Shown: positions 37,637 to 47,970, counted from the stretch's first letter. The stretch is 64,000 nt of DNA from Clostridia bacterium (GCA_017559445.1 JAFYSJ010000003.1:1913-65912); one strand, 5' to 3'. The notes: generated from the letters alone by a model not told the origin. Made by a program: numbers and translations.

Positions 37637-38610
37637 TGGAAATATATAGGATGGAATTAAGTGAAGAAACTAAGGTTTTGACATATCAGGTAAAGGTTGG
37701 CGAAGCCTGTGCTCCCACAGGTTTAATAGTTCCTAGATTATCCTTCGAAAATGGCAAAAAGGTATTTATCTACTCTATAGATGGCTATATGCCAATTTTT
37801 AAAACTAGAATTTCTAAGGGTGATGTAATTGAGACAGAAAATAAACTTGATGAAATTAAGAGGGGTTTACAGGACACGTTGTTGGATTCAGAGAAAGTAT
37901 TGTTTTCTGAGGAAACTGTATTTAGGGATAGCCATGGGAATCTCGCCTTTTTGTATTATCCAGCAGAGCCTGTTCCCTGCGAGTTGAATTCTGGAGTCTT
38001 ACCAGAGTTGGATCAGGTGTATAGGCAAGAATTTGATACAACCAAGGGCATTAAGGACATAACAATTCATGTGGGATTTTCCATAGGGGCATATGGTGTG
38101 TTTGCCTTATTAAATAATGTAATAAGTGGGGCGGCTATAGTCTCTGTTGGTCTCTATGCAGTATTGTGTATATTGTACTATTTTTGGCCCAGGATTAAAG
38201 AAAACTTGATTTGTACGGAAGGGATAGTGGAACAGGATCAGCAAATACCATCTCCAGTATATTTTGCAAGAGATTCTATTGAAATTTCTCAAGAAGATAT
38301 AGAGTCAGTATCTGTGTGTGCAAAACTTACAAGTATCTTCGACGAAAATGTGGAATATGACATATTGGGTTCGAGTTTTTTGATTGGTAGAAATGCTAAT
38401 TTAGTGCATTTGTACATACAAGACCCTCAGGTAAATCCTGTCCATGCGGAGATTTTGTGTGAAAGTGACGAATTTTACATAAGAGATAGGTGCAGTAGAA
38501 ATGGAACATATGTAAATTGCACAAAAATAGAGCCTGAAACAAGGGTTCCACTATATGGAAATGAGCAAATTAGGGTAGGAAATGAGACTTTTTTGTTCAA
38601 AATACGCTAA
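37636..38610 (+). CDS. DUF6382-like N-terminus, two TMs and C-terminal FHA domain
   Basis: FLIGRN...HAEI..YIRDRCSRNGTYVN FHA motif; usual end-of-Tad-locus gene in Clostridia. Confidence 0.75.
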   Translation: MEIYRMELSEETKVLTYQVKVGEACAPTGLIVPRLSFENGKKVFIYSIDGYMPIFKTRISKGDVIETENKLDEIKRGLQDTLLDSEKVLFSEETVFRDSHGNLAFLYYPAEPVPCELNSGVLPELDQVYRQEFDTTKGIKDITIHVGFSIGAYGVFALLNNVISGAAIVSVGLYAVLCILYYFWPRIKENLICTEGIVEQDQQIPSPVYFARDSIEISQEDIESVSVCAKLTSIFDENVEYDILGSSFLIGRNANLVHLYIQDPQVNPVHAEILCESDEFYIRDRCSRNGTYVNCTKIEPETRVPLYGNEQIRVGNETFLFKIR

Positions 38611-38742
38611 AAGATTGGATATTATGTACACAATCCCCATATGGCTTTTGTGAAATTTACATAATAATTGGACTCATAACTCGAAAAAGTATGTGAATTG
38701 TTGAATATAGCCAAAAGGGGGTAAAGTGACTATAATTCGTAG

Positions 38743-38846
38743 TGTAAGTTAATTAACTTACATTTTGTTCCTCCTTTAGAAATAAAGCTGATCTGATATA
38801 ATATATTTACTTTGCGAAGCTCTGGTTAAGACGCTTCCTTTTTTTT
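38743..38846 (+). ncRNA. Candidate ~100-nt sRNA (5' hairpin, CU-rich anti-SD tract, terminator)
   Basis: TAGCCA-17-TATAAT at 38708-38736; 20-bp palindrome 38743-38762; TTTTGTTCCTCCTTT; GAAGC/GCTTC hairpin plus T8. Confidence 0.4.
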
Positions 38847-38903
38847 GCCCAAAATCCGAAAATAAAAATGATGGAATATCTCCTAAGGCTGTGGATGGTC
38901 TTA

Positions 38904-38932
38904 TTGCCAATGGAGTAGAACTAATATATAAT
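38904..38932 (+). promoter_or_regulatory. sigmaA promoter of the SRP RNA gene
   Basis: TTGCCA-17 bp-TATAAT, 10 nt upstream of the RNA. Confidence 0.75.
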
Positions 38933-38942
38933 TACCGATAAT

Positions 38943-39077
38943 GTGCCTGCTTGATGGTATCAGTCGGGTCTTGCGCAATGAAATCCTGTGAACCTTGTCA
39001 GGTCCGGAAGGAAGCAGCAATAAGCAGATCCTTTCATGTGCCGTAAGTTAGCCTTGCTGATACCATTAAGCAGGCAT
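38943..39077 (+). ncRNA. ffs: Signal recognition particle RNA (small bacterial type)
   Basis: GTCAGGTCCGGAAGGAAGCAGC domain IV; ends pair (TGCCTGCTTGATGGTATCAG with CTGATACCATTAAGCAGGCA); upstream of dnaX as is usual in Firmicutes. Confidence 0.95.
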
Positions 39078-39098
39078 AAAGTCATTAAGGGGGTAAGT

Positions 39099-40745
39099 AT
39101 GGCATATACAGCAATGTATCGTAAGTATAGACCATTGGTTTTTTCTGACGTTGTTGGTCAAGACCATATTGTTAGAGCTTTGTCCAATAGCATTGCAACA
39201 GGTCGCATTTCCCATGCTTATCTTTTCTGTGGTACTAGAGGTACTGGTAAGACTACAATGGCCAAGATTTTTGCTAGAGCCATTAACTGTCTCGATTCTC
39301 ATGATGGCAATCCATGTAATGCCTGCGATGTATGTAAGGGGATTTTGGACGAGAGCATTGTGGATGTTATGGAGATCGACGCTGCATCTAACAATGGCGT
39401 AGATAGCATCCGTGACATTAGAGATGATGTAGCTTACACACCTACAGTTGCTAAATACAAGGTGTACATTATTGACGAGGTACACATGCTTTCAGGAGCA
39501 GCTTTCAATGCTTTGCTTAAGACATTGGAGGAGCCACCGGAGCATGCAGTATTCTTGCTTGCAACAACAGACCCTCAGAGATTGCCAGATACAATTCTTT
39601 CCCGTGTGCAGAGATTTAACCTTAAGCGTATTTCTGACCAGGATATTGCAGATAGACTTATGTATATCGCAGAGGATATGGGACTTTCTCTCACTAGGGA
39701 GACAGCACTTTATATTGCCAGATTGGCAGATGGTGCATTGAGAGATGGTATTAGCATTTTAGATAGATGCTATTCTGCAGGGGCAGACATTACCATGGAC
39801 TTGGTTGCAGAGACTACAGGCACTCTTAGCCGCAGTTTTGTTTACGAGGCATGTACTCATTTGCTTATGAGAGATCCAGCGGCAGTACTGGACGATGTGT
39901 CCAAGGTTGTTGCACAGGGACGTAGACTTGCAGATTATACAGATAGTTTGCTTGATGCCCTTAAGGATTTGTTAGTTTACTCATTGTCTTCTGACAAAAG
40001 TAGCTATAACCCAACAGAAAATCGCACACAATTCATGGAGCAGAATTGCCAGTTGTCTTCACCAGAGGGACTAGTTAAGTTAATCGCTGGTATTAATGAG
40101 GCAGCAGGTAACATGCGTTATAGTAGCGCTCCAGAGATTACTTTGTCAGCAGCTCTTGTTAGCCTTATGACAGAGGATACATCCAATGTACCAACAATTA
40201 ATGCAGGCGGTTTTGCTAGATCCTCTGAGAGCGATCGTAGAATTGCAGCACTTGAGCGTAGAGTAACAGAGCTTACGGCTAAGCTTGAGGAGGCCATGGT
40301 TAATGGCGTACAGGCAACACAGGTAGTGGTAGATACACCTAAGGTTCCAGAACCTAAGGCAGAAGAGGTGGCAGAGCTTAGTAAGTCTGACACTTTGGAC
40401 AAGTATCCACCTTACAATGACAGATCAGAGCTCATAATGAGAGTTAAGGACACTAGGAGCATGTTCCTAGCTGTATATATTAAGGACAGACCCATGGTGG
40501 CACCATCTGACCAGCTTGTGGCAATTGTCTTTGATAAGGAGAAAGAGGATATCCGCAGAACAGTTGCGACAGCGGAGAACCTTAAGCTTTTGTCTGACTT
40601 GGCAACAGATATTGCAGGACATCCTGTGAGGGTTGTGCTTGTTAGCAAGGAGAACGCTGACAGACAGTTGGCAGATGTTGAGAGAGATTTACAGGGAGCC
40701 CGCGAGTTGGCAGAGAGCCTGGGCACTTCCCTGACTATAGAATAA
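39099..40745 (+). CDS. dnaX: DNA polymerase III subunit gamma/tau
   Basis: YRKYRP, GTRGTGKTT, EIDAASNNGVD, IIDEVHML. Confidence 0.97.
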   Translation: MAYTAMYRKYRPLVFSDVVGQDHIVRALSNSIATGRISHAYLFCGTRGTGKTTMAKIFARAINCLDSHDGNPCNACDVCKGILDESIVDVMEIDAASNNGVDSIRDIRDDVAYTPTVAKYKVYIIDEVHMLSGAAFNALLKTLEEPPEHAVFLLATTDPQRLPDTILSRVQRFNLKRISDQDIADRLMYIAEDMGLSLTRETALYIARLADGALRDGISILDRCYSAGADITMDLVAETTGTLSRSFVYEACTHLLMRDPAAVLDDVSKVVAQGRRLADYTDSLLDALKDLLVYSLSSDKSSYNPTENRTQFMEQNCQLSSPEGLVKLIAGINEAAGNMRYSSAPEITLSAALVSLMTEDTSNVPTINAGGFARSSESDRRIAALERRVTELTAKLEEAMVNGVQATQVVVDTPKVPEPKAEEVAELSKSDTLDKYPPYNDRSELIMRVKDTRSMFLAVYIKDRPMVAPSDQLVAIVFDKEKEDIRRTVATAENLKLLSDLATDIAGHPVRVVLVSKENADRQLADVERDLQGARELAESLGTSLTIE

Positions 40746-40756
40746 AGGAGTTTACT

Positions 40757-41089
40757 ATGGCAAGAGGATTTGCAGGCGGCTACGGCGGCGGAAATAATAT
40801 GCAGCAGCTCATGAGACAGGCACAGAAGATGCAGCAGGAGATGGAGAGAGTTAAGAACTCCATGAGCGAATTGTTCGTTGAGGCAGAGAGCGCTGGTGGA
40901 GCAGTTAAGGTTGTTGCAAACTGTGAGAGACAGGTAACAGAGCTCGTAATCGACCCATCTATTGTAGATCCAGATGATGTAGAGACATTGCAGGATTGCA
41001 TTATCGTTGCAATTAACGAGGCAATGGAGAAGGCTGAGGCAAAGTACAATGCCGAGATGTCTAAGGTAACAGGCGGTATCAGTTTCTAA
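40757..41089 (+). CDS. ebfC: YbaB/EbfC nucleoid-associated protein
   Basis: [23 protein letters not shown]; lies between dnaX and recR. Confidence 0.93.
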   Translation: MARGFAGGYGGGNNMQQLMRQAQKMQQEMERVKNSMSELFVEAESAGGAVKVVANCERQVTELVIDPSIVDPDDVETLQDCIIVAINEAMEKAEAKYNAEMSKVTGGISF

Positions 41090-41090
41090 T

Positions 41091-41693
41091 ATGAGAGCAT
41101 TTGCGCGCCCTATAAATGAGTTAATAGAGGAACTTGGCAAGTTGCCAGGTATTGGCCAGAAGTCTGCCCAGAGACTAGCATTTCATATTTTGAATATGCC
41201 AGATTCTAAGGTGAATTCTTTGGTTGGTGCCATTAAGACAGCTAGAGAAAAGACCAAGTTATGTTCAGTCTGTTGCAATATTACAGACGAAGACCCATGC
41301 CCTATTTGCTCATCCCCAACTAGGGATAGAAGTGTCATTTGCGTAGTTCAGGATCCTAAGGACGTGGCAGCTATTGAGCGCACCATGGAGTACAAGGGTC
41401 TGTATCACGTTTTGCACGGCGCCGTTTCCCCCATGACTGGAATTGGCCCAGATGATATTAAAATTAGAGAGCTGTTGGTGAGATTAGGTGATGACCAGGT
41501 TAAGGAAGTTATCCTTGCAACTAACCCCAATATTGAGGGCGAAACCACAGCATCTTACATTGCTCGTCTTATGCGAACAATGAATGACATTAAGGTAACT
41601 AGAATTGCACACGGTATCCCAGTTGGTGGAGACCTTGAGTATGCAGATGAGGTTACTTTGGTTAGAGCCATTGAGGGCAGAAGAGAGATTTAA
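41091..41693 (+). CDS. recR: Recombination mediator RecR
   Basis: [16 protein letters not shown]4 zinc finger, Toprim, [12 protein letters not shown]. Confidence 0.97.
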   Translation: MRAFARPINELIEELGKLPGIGQKSAQRLAFHILNMPDSKVNSLVGAIKTAREKTKLCSVCCNITDEDPCPICSSPTRDRSVICVVQDPKDVAAIERTMEYKGLYHVLHGAVSPMTGIGPDDIKIRELLVRLGDDQVKEVILATNPNIEGETTASYIARLMRTMNDIKVTRIAHGIPVGGDLEYADEVTLVRAIEGRREI

Positions 41694-41714
41694 TTTATTA
41701 GGAGTATTATATAA

Positions 41715-42977
41715 ATGGAGAAGAGAATACCATTTGATTTGGCAAAGGCTAAGGAGATTATCGCTGAATATCCCACACCTTTCCACATTTACGACGAAGA
41801 GGGCATCCGTAAGACAGCTAGAGCCCTTAATGACGCATTCTCATGGAACGAGGGATACAGAGAGTATTTCGCAGTTAAGGCATGTCCAAACCCATTTATC
41901 TTGAAGGTTTTGCAGCAGGAGGGTTGTGGTGCAGACTGTTCCAGCTACACAGAGTTGGAGCTTTCTAATGACGTAGGTTTCATAAATGAGGACATTATGT
42001 TCTCTTCCAACGAGACACCTGCAATTGAGTTCGAAAAGGCACGCCAGTTGGGAGCAATCATCAACCTGGACGATATTACACATATTGATTTCCTTGCAAA
42101 GCACGGTGGCATTCCAGAGAAGATTTGCTGTAGATACAATCCAGGCGGAGATTTCTTTATTGGTAATACAATCATGGGCAACCCTGGTGAGGCTAAGTAC
42201 GGAATGACTAAGGCTCAGCTCTTTGAGGCATTTGCTAGACTTAAGGAAATGGGTGTTAAGGAGTTCGGTATCCACTCTTTCTTGGCAAGTAACATGACAG
42301 AGCAGGGTTACTATCCTTCTCTTGCTAGAACTGTATTCGAAATCGCAGTTGAGCTTCACAAGACATTGGGTGTTAAGATCGGTTTTGTTAACTTGTCTGG
42401 TGGAATTGGTATTCCATATACTCCAGATGGTACACCAGTAGACATTAAGCTTGTTGGCGAAGGCGTACATAGAGTTTATGACGAGACAATTACAGCAGCA
42501 GGTATGGAGCCAGTTGCTATCTATACAGAGCTTGGCAGATATATGACAGGTCCTTATGGATACTTGGTAACATCTGTTGTTCACGAGAAGCATATTTACA
42601 AGGATTATGTTGGTGTAGATGCATGTGCATGTAACCTTATGAGACCTGCAATGTATGGCGCATATCACCACATCACAATCTTGGGCAAGGAGAATAATCC
42701 TTGTGACCACAAGTATGATGTTGTTGGTTCACTCTGTGAGAACAACGATAAGTTCGCAGTAGATAGAATGTTGCCATTCACAGAGCCTGGAGACATTATG
42801 GTTATTCATGACACAGGAGCTCACGGTTTCGCTATGGGTTATCAGTACAATGGTAAGCTCCGTTCTGCAGAGCTTTTGCTCCGTCCAGACGGAACAGTTA
42901 AGATGATCCGTAGAGCAGAGACTTCTAAGGATTACTTCCAGACATTAGATTTTGCGAAGGGAAATTACGACGTATGA
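41715..42977 (+). CDS. lysA: Diaminopimelate decarboxylase
   Basis: PTPFHIYDE, FAVKAC, KYG, GGGIG-like NLSGGIG, CENND, GAHGFAMGYQYN. Confidence 0.93.
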   Translation: MEKRIPFDLAKAKEIIAEYPTPFHIYDEEGIRKTARALNDAFSWNEGYREYFAVKACPNPFILKVLQQEGCGADCSSYTELELSNDVGFINEDIMFSSNETPAIEFEKARQLGAIINLDDITHIDFLAKHGGIPEKICCRYNPGGDFFIGNTIMGNPGEAKYGMTKAQLFEAFARLKEMGVKEFGIHSFLASNMTEQGYYPSLARTVFEIAVELHKTLGVKIGFVNLSGGIGIPYTPDGTPVDIKLVGEGVHRVYDETITAAGMEPVAIYTELGRYMTGPYGYLVTSVVHEKHIYKDYVGVDACACNLMRPAMYGAYHHITILGKENNPCDHKYDVVGSLCENNDKFAVDRMLPFTEPGDIMVIHDTGAHGFAMGYQYNGKLRSAELLLRPDGTVKMIRRAETSKDYFQTLDFAKGNYDV

Positions 42978-43813
42978 TGCTTTTAGATGGTAAGAAGTTA
43001 GCTCAGGAAATTAAGGAAGATCTTAAGATCCGTGTTGCAAATATGGCAAACAATGGCGTAGAGACAAGTTTGGCTGTTGTTTTGGTAGGCGATAACCCTG
43101 CATCCCACACATATGTAAATATGAAGGAGAAGGATTGTCATGATTTGGGCATTAGATCCCTTAGATATGACCTTCCAGCAGATACAGATGAGGCTACATT
43201 GCTTGGCCTTATTGACCAGCTTAATGCAGACGAGGGTGTACACGGTATTTTGGTACAGTTGCCATTGCCTAAGCACTTGGATGAGCAGAAGGTTATTAGA
43301 GCAATTGATCCTGCTAAGGACGTAGACTGCTTTACTCCTGTAAACGTTGGACTTCTTGCTACAGGTAAGCCTGTATTTGCACCTTGCACACCTGCAGGTA
43401 TTGTTAGACTTATTAAGGCTAATGGTCTTGAGATTGCAGGCAAGGATGTTGTTATCGTAAACAGAAGTAACATTGTAGGTAAGCCGCTCATGCACCTTAT
43501 GCTCATGGAGAACGCAACAGTAACAATTGCTCACTCTCGCACAGCAGACCTTAAGGAAGTATGTAAGAGAGCAGACATTTTGGTTGCAGCAGTTGGCCGC
43601 AAGGAAATGTTCGACGAGTCTTATGTTAAGCCTGGAGCAGTAGTTATTGACGTTGGCGTTAACAGAACCCCAGAGGGTAAGTTAGCAGGAGACGTTGCCT
43701 TTGATAAGGTAGCACCTATTGCTTCTGCAATTACTCCATGCGTTGGTGGTGTAGGTCCCATGACAAGAGCAATTCTTATGGAGAACACAGTGAGGGCAGC
43801 AGAGAACAGATAA
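42974..43813 (+). CDS. folD: Methylene-THF dehydrogenase/cyclohydrolase
   Basis: GILVQLPLP, KDVDC, PCTP, NRSNIVGKP, GGVGPMT. Confidence 0.96.
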   Translation: MMLLDGKKLAQEIKEDLKIRVANMANNGVETSLAVVLVGDNPASHTYVNMKEKDCHDLGIRSLRYDLPADTDEATLLGLIDQLNADEGVHGILVQLPLPKHLDEQKVIRAIDPAKDVDCFTPVNVGLLATGKPVFAPCTPAGIVRLIKANGLEIAGKDVVIVNRSNIVGKPLMHLMLMENATVTIAHSRTADLKEVCKRADILVAAVGRKEMFDESYVKPGAVVIDVGVNRTPEGKLAGDVAFDKVAPIASAITPCVGGVGPMTRAILMENTVRAAENR

Positions 43814-45483
43814 TGAACATGTTAGACTACGACCCTAAGGAACTGTTCGGATTCGTTCCGGATCACGAGCAGCTGGCGGCCATCCAAGCTCCCTTTGGAG
43901 TGAATGTGGTTTTGGCTGGACCAGGAGCGGGTAAGTCTACAGTTATCGTTTGTCGAATTTTGTACCTTGCTAAGGTTAGAAAAGTAAATACAAGAGATAT
44001 TACCGTATTGGTATTTAATCGAGATGCAAAGGAAAGCCTGTCTAGACGATTAAAAGTCGTCTGTGACAGGCTTAATTTATTGCCTCCAGAAGTGTGTACT
44101 ATCCACAGCAAGTGTTACCAAATAGTGAGAACCAACAATTTTCGACAGATTGCCATAGAAGAAAAGGGCTTGGATTGGTATAGGCAAAAGTTGGGCAAAG
44201 ATTTCATTACAGAGGATATTCGCAAGGGAGATTACGAAAGACTTGCAGCTACAATTAGTAAAATCAGAGAGAACAACTTAAACCCAGGGGAAATAATAGA
44301 CCCGACTTTTGGGGCATTGGATAAGGTATTAGAAATTTTGGAAGATGGAGAGGGAGACGAAAAACTTTCCTTTGATGAAATGAGTTCTAAAGCATTAAGG
44401 TTTCTAAAGCAGGGTAAGGGAAGCAAAGTCCCCCACCTTTTGGTGGACGAGGCCCAAGATATTACAGAAACGCAGTTTAGGATAATAGAGACTCTAGGCC
44501 AGCAGGATATTTTTATGGTTGGAGATGGAGATCAGTGTATTTACGGATTCCGACACGCAAGTAGTAGATACATAGACAGTCCAGAGGAATATTTTCCTAA
44601 ATTTACTAGGTTTTATATAGGCACAAACTACAGGAGCACAGAGCAGGTGGTGAGTATATCATCTGTTTTTATAAATAAGTTAAGTCCAGGCAGGAAAAGG
44701 CCAATGCTTAGAGCGGTGGAAGGAAAGGTAGGACCAACTCCAGAAATAAGGGTTGTATCTAGGCAAAGGGATCAGTTTAGAATGGTGCGTGATGCATGGG
44801 AAGATTGCAATATAAATGATCAAAGCCTATGTGTTATATATAGAAATAATAGTACAGCAGTAGCTTTGGCAAATTTCTTAATTTCTAACGGACTATGGGC
44901 AAATCACATTGGTGGTGGAGGCGATTTCTTTAGCTTACCGGTCATCAGGGATATTTTAGTTAAGGTGAAAAGGTTCGCATATGGAACTGAAGAGGTTATG
45001 TTGTCCCCAGAAGAATTGATTCGTCATATTGCTGTATCTACAGGCATAATTCCTGAAGTTTCTAAGTTTGCAGTTTACGAAAGAATGCAAAAGACAAACT
45101 TCATCCATGACTACATGTTGCTTTTGGAAATAGCAAGCAGTTGCAGAAACATTAAGGAATTTTTGGAGAGAATTGAGAAAATAAAGGGACTTTTGTCTAA
45201 CAAGGGGCAAGGAAAAATGACCATTGCTACCGCTCACTCAGTTAAGGGATTAGAATTTCACACCGTTTTCGTGATAGATATGGTTCAGGGAGTTTTTCCA
45301 GCAATCCAAGGAGAAGAGAAAGACTTGGAAGGAGAGGCAAGACTTATGTATGTTGCTATGACACGTGCAACTAACAGATTAGTTATGACATGCCCTGAGA
45401 TTATTCGAGGACGTCCCTGTGAAAAATCAGAATTTTTGACCCTGCTATTGGAAATACTAAATAAAAGCAAAGGTGGGCATTAA
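43813..45483 (+). CDS. UvrD/Rep-family SF1A helicase
   Basis: LAGPGAGKS, LVDEAQD, VGDGDQCIYGFR, NYRS, TAHSVKGLEF, EARLMYVAMTRA. Confidence 0.92.
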   Translation: MNMLDYDPKELFGFVPDHEQLAAIQAPFGVNVVLAGPGAGKSTVIVCRILYLAKVRKVNTRDITVLVFNRDAKESLSRRLKVVCDRLNLLPPEVCTIHSKCYQIVRTNNFRQIAIEEKGLDWYRQKLGKDFITEDIRKGDYERLAATISKIRENNLNPGEIIDPTFGALDKVLEILEDGEGDEKLSFDEMSSKALRFLKQGKGSKVPHLLVDEAQDITETQFRIIETLGQQDIFMVGDGDQCIYGFRHASSRYIDSPEEYFPKFTRFYIGTNYRSTEQVVSISSVFINKLSPGRKRPMLRAVEGKVGPTPEIRVVSRQRDQFRMVRDAWEDCNINDQSLCVIYRNNSTAVALANFLISNGLWANHIGGGGDFFSLPVIRDILVKVKRFAYGTEEVMLSPEELIRHIAVSTGIIPEVSKFAVYERMQKTNFIHDYMLLLEIASSCRNIKEFLERIEKIKGLLSNKGQGKMTIATAHSVKGLEFHTVFVIDMVQGVFPAIQGEEKDLEGEARLMYVAMTRATNRLVMTCPEIIRGRPCEKSEFLTLLLEILNKSKGGH

Positions 45484-45493
45484 ATGTCCACCT
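45471..45493. terminator. Hairpin between convergent helicase and SASP genes
   Basis: AGGTGGGCAT-taa-ATGTCCACCT. Confidence 0.6.
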
Positions 45494-45513
45494 AGCTATT
45501 TTAATCTTGTAGA

Positions 45514-45711
45514 TTACTTATTAGACATATTGTTCTCAGCCATCTCTACCAACTTCTTGGTCATAGAACCGCCAATACGTCCAGCATCCTTAGAAGAAAT
45601 ATTACCGTTGTAGCTCTTGTCGAGTGTAACACCGATCTGGTTTGCTACTTCATACTTCATCTGGTCAAGAGCCTGCTTTGCTGCAGGAACTTCGATTGAT
45701 TTGTTAGACAT
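45514..45711 (-). CDS. alpha/beta-type small acid-soluble spore protein
   Basis: ALDQMKYEVANQIGV, GRIGGSMTKKLVEMAE; SD GGAGGTGA. Confidence 0.95.
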   Translation of the reverse strand: MSNKSIEVPAAKQALDQMKYEVANQIGVTLDKSYNGNISSKDAGRIGGSMTKKLVEMAENNMSNK

Positions 45712-45832
45712 TTTAATCACCTCCGTAACCATATATTTCCCCTAAATTTAATTTCTATTACATGGATTTTGGTGTTGAATGTAACTTTCTGTAAATGCTA
45801 TAATTACGATGAATACATATGAGGAGTTACAC

Positions 45833-47935
45833 ATGACTTATAAATCTATTCTTAAATCTCTTGCATTGCTTGTTGTATGTAGCATGTTGTTCTGCCCTGC
45901 TTTGGGACAGGCTGCAACAGGAACTATTACTGGCACTGATGTTAATATGCGTCAGGGCGCTGGTACTAATACAGCAGTTCTTACTACATTGGGCAAAGGT
46001 GATGTAGTTAATGTTCTTAGCACACAGGGAGATTGGGTAAAGGTTTCCTTTGGTGGATATACAGGCTATGTATATGGAACATATGTTAAGACAACATCCG
46101 TTGGCAATGGCGTTGTTACAGGCGACTACGTTAACATGAGAGACGCAGCAGGTACTAACTCCAATGTTATTACATGCTTGAGAGCAGGTACTCAGGTAGA
46201 GGTAGTTGAGAAGGTCGGTACATGGTACAAGATTAAGTATAATGGCAACACAGGTTATATGTCTGCTAACTATATTAGCACTACATATACTCCTCCAACT
46301 CAGACAACAGCAACACCAGCTCCTACAGCCGCTCCAACAGCAGCTCCAACTGCGGTGCCAACAGCTGTTCCTACAGCTAAGCCTCAGGATGGCGCAGGCA
46401 CAGGTATTTTGACAGGTGACTATGTTAACTTCCGTACACAGGCCACAAGCTCCAGCTCAGTTATTGATTGTTTGAGAGCAGGATCCAAGTTCACAGTATA
46501 TGAGAAGACAGGCACTTGGCTTAAGATTAAGTATAACGGACAGGTTGGTTATATTTACGCTTCCTACGTTAATGTTACATGGTACACAACAGCAACACCA
46601 GCTCCAACTGCCACACCTACTACAGGTACAACAGTTACTTTGAGCACAGGTACAGGTAAGGTTACAGGTGACGTTGTTAACGTTAGATCTGGCGCAGGTA
46701 CAAGCTACTCCGTAGTTACAGCACTTACAGCTGGCACAACAGTTAAGGTAACAGGTAAGGATGGCGTATGGTACAAGATTACTAGCGGTAGCACAACAGG
46801 CTATATGCATAGCAACTATGTTTCTGTAGTTTGGGATACAATTACTGTTACACCTACACCAACAGCAGCACCTACAGCAGCACCAACTGCAACTCCAACT
46901 GCTACACCTACAGAGGTGCCAACAGTAACACCTACACCAACAGCAACTCCAGTTCCAACACCTACACCAGTACCAACACCTACTGTTAAGCCAACAGCAA
47001 CTCCTAATCCGGATGCTGATTTCACAGTAAATGACAGCGGTATTATCGTAGTTGACAAGGCTTTGACTGAGTATGTTTATGCAACTATTAAGGTTACAGG
47101 TGACGTTGTTAATGTAAGAGCAGGCGCAGGTACTAACTACGATGTAATCTATACAGTAAAGAAGGGCAACGAGATTATGCTCTTTGATATTGTAGGAGAC
47201 TGGGCTCTTATTGCATATAACAATCAGTTTGGTTGGATTAGTAAGACTTTGACAACAGCAGCAGATTGTACAAGACTTAAGATTACCGCCTCTGATCTTA
47301 ACGTAAGAGAAGTTGTTCTAAGTGGTAAGGTTATTGGTCAGCTTCAGAAGAATGATATTGTACTCGGTTGTCAGGCTAGCCTCGGTTGGTACAACGTAAT
47401 GAGCTACGATGGTAAGTATAATGGTGGCAAGTGCTGGATTTCTGGCAACTATACAACTAAGGCAGATGACGGCAAGGTTATCAACGAGACAGTTCCTAAG
47501 TACATTAGAGAGAACGGTATCGTAACAGCTGAGGTTATTAAGGAAACAGACAGAGACAAGATTGTAAACAAGGCTAAGGAGTACTTGGGCGTAACATACG
47601 TTTACGGCGGAGAGACACCTAGCGGCTTCGATTGTTCTGGTTTCATCTACTACGTATACGAGCAGGTTCTCGGACTTAAGCTTGAGAGAGTAGCAGCTAA
47701 CCAGGCAACACAGGGTGTACACAAGACTCTCGGTGAATTGCAGCCCGGCGATTTGGTGTTCTTTGATACAAACGGCACAAGCAGCTACATTAACCACGTT
47801 GGTATTTACCTTGGAGATAACATGTTTATCCATGCATCCTCCGGTAGTGGCAAGGTTGTTATTTCACAGTTGTCAGGATTCTATTCCAAGACATACATGA
47901 CTGGTAGAAATGTAATTGATTACATGCCATATTAA
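45833..47935 (+). CDS. Secreted cell-wall endopeptidase: six SH3b domains plus NlpC/P60
   Basis: Signal peptide, repeated TGDxVNxRxxAG SH3b starts, Pro/Thr linkers, GFDCSG and HVGIY..HAS catalytic motifs. Confidence 0.93.
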   Translation: MTYKSILKSLALLVVCSMLFCPALGQAATGTITGTDVNMRQGAGTNTAVLTTLGKGDVVNVLSTQGDWVKVSFGGYTGYVYGTYVKTTSVGNGVVTGDYVNMRDAAGTNSNVITCLRAGTQVEVVEKVGTWYKIKYNGNTGYMSANYISTTYTPPTQTTATPAPTAAPTAAPTAVPTAVPTAKPQDGAGTGILTGDYVNFRTQATSSSSVIDCLRAGSKFTVYEKTGTWLKIKYNGQVGYIYASYVNVTWYTTATPAPTATPTTGTTVTLSTGTGKVTGDVVNVRSGAGTSYSVVTALTAGTTVKVTGKDGVWYKITSGSTTGYMHSNYVSVVWDTITVTPTPTAAPTAAPTATPTATPTEVPTVTPTPTATPVPTPTPVPTPTVKPTATPNPDADFTVNDSGIIVVDKALTEYVYATIKVTGDVVNVRAGAGTNYDVIYTVKKGNEIMLFDIVGDWALIAYNNQFGWISKTLTTAADCTRLKITASDLNVREVVLSGKVIGQLQKNDIVLGCQASLGWYNVMSYDGKYNGGKCWISGNYTTKADDGKVINETVPKYIRENGIVTAEVIKETDRDKIVNKAKEYLGVTYVYGGETPSGFDCSGFIYYVYEQVLGLKLERVAANQATQGVHKTLGELQPGDLVFFDTNGTSSYINHVGIYLGDNMFIHASSGSGKVVISQLSGFYSKTYMTGRNVIDYMPY

Positions 47936-47942
47936 AATTCAG

Positions 47943-47970
47943 GTCCTCGCAGAAATGCGGGGACTTTTTT
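47943..47970 (+). terminator. Intrinsic terminator
   Basis: GTCCTCGCA-gaaa-TGCGGGGAC followed by T6. Confidence 0.85.

Noticed and set aside
39099-40745. Programmed frameshift in dnaX
   Set aside because: No A-AAA-AAG or long A-run slippery site was seen in the expected region.
43813-45483. UvrD-like helicase as part of a defence system (e.g. Gabija)
   Set aside because: No OLD/TOPRIM nuclease partner; it is translationally coupled to folD in a housekeeping operon.
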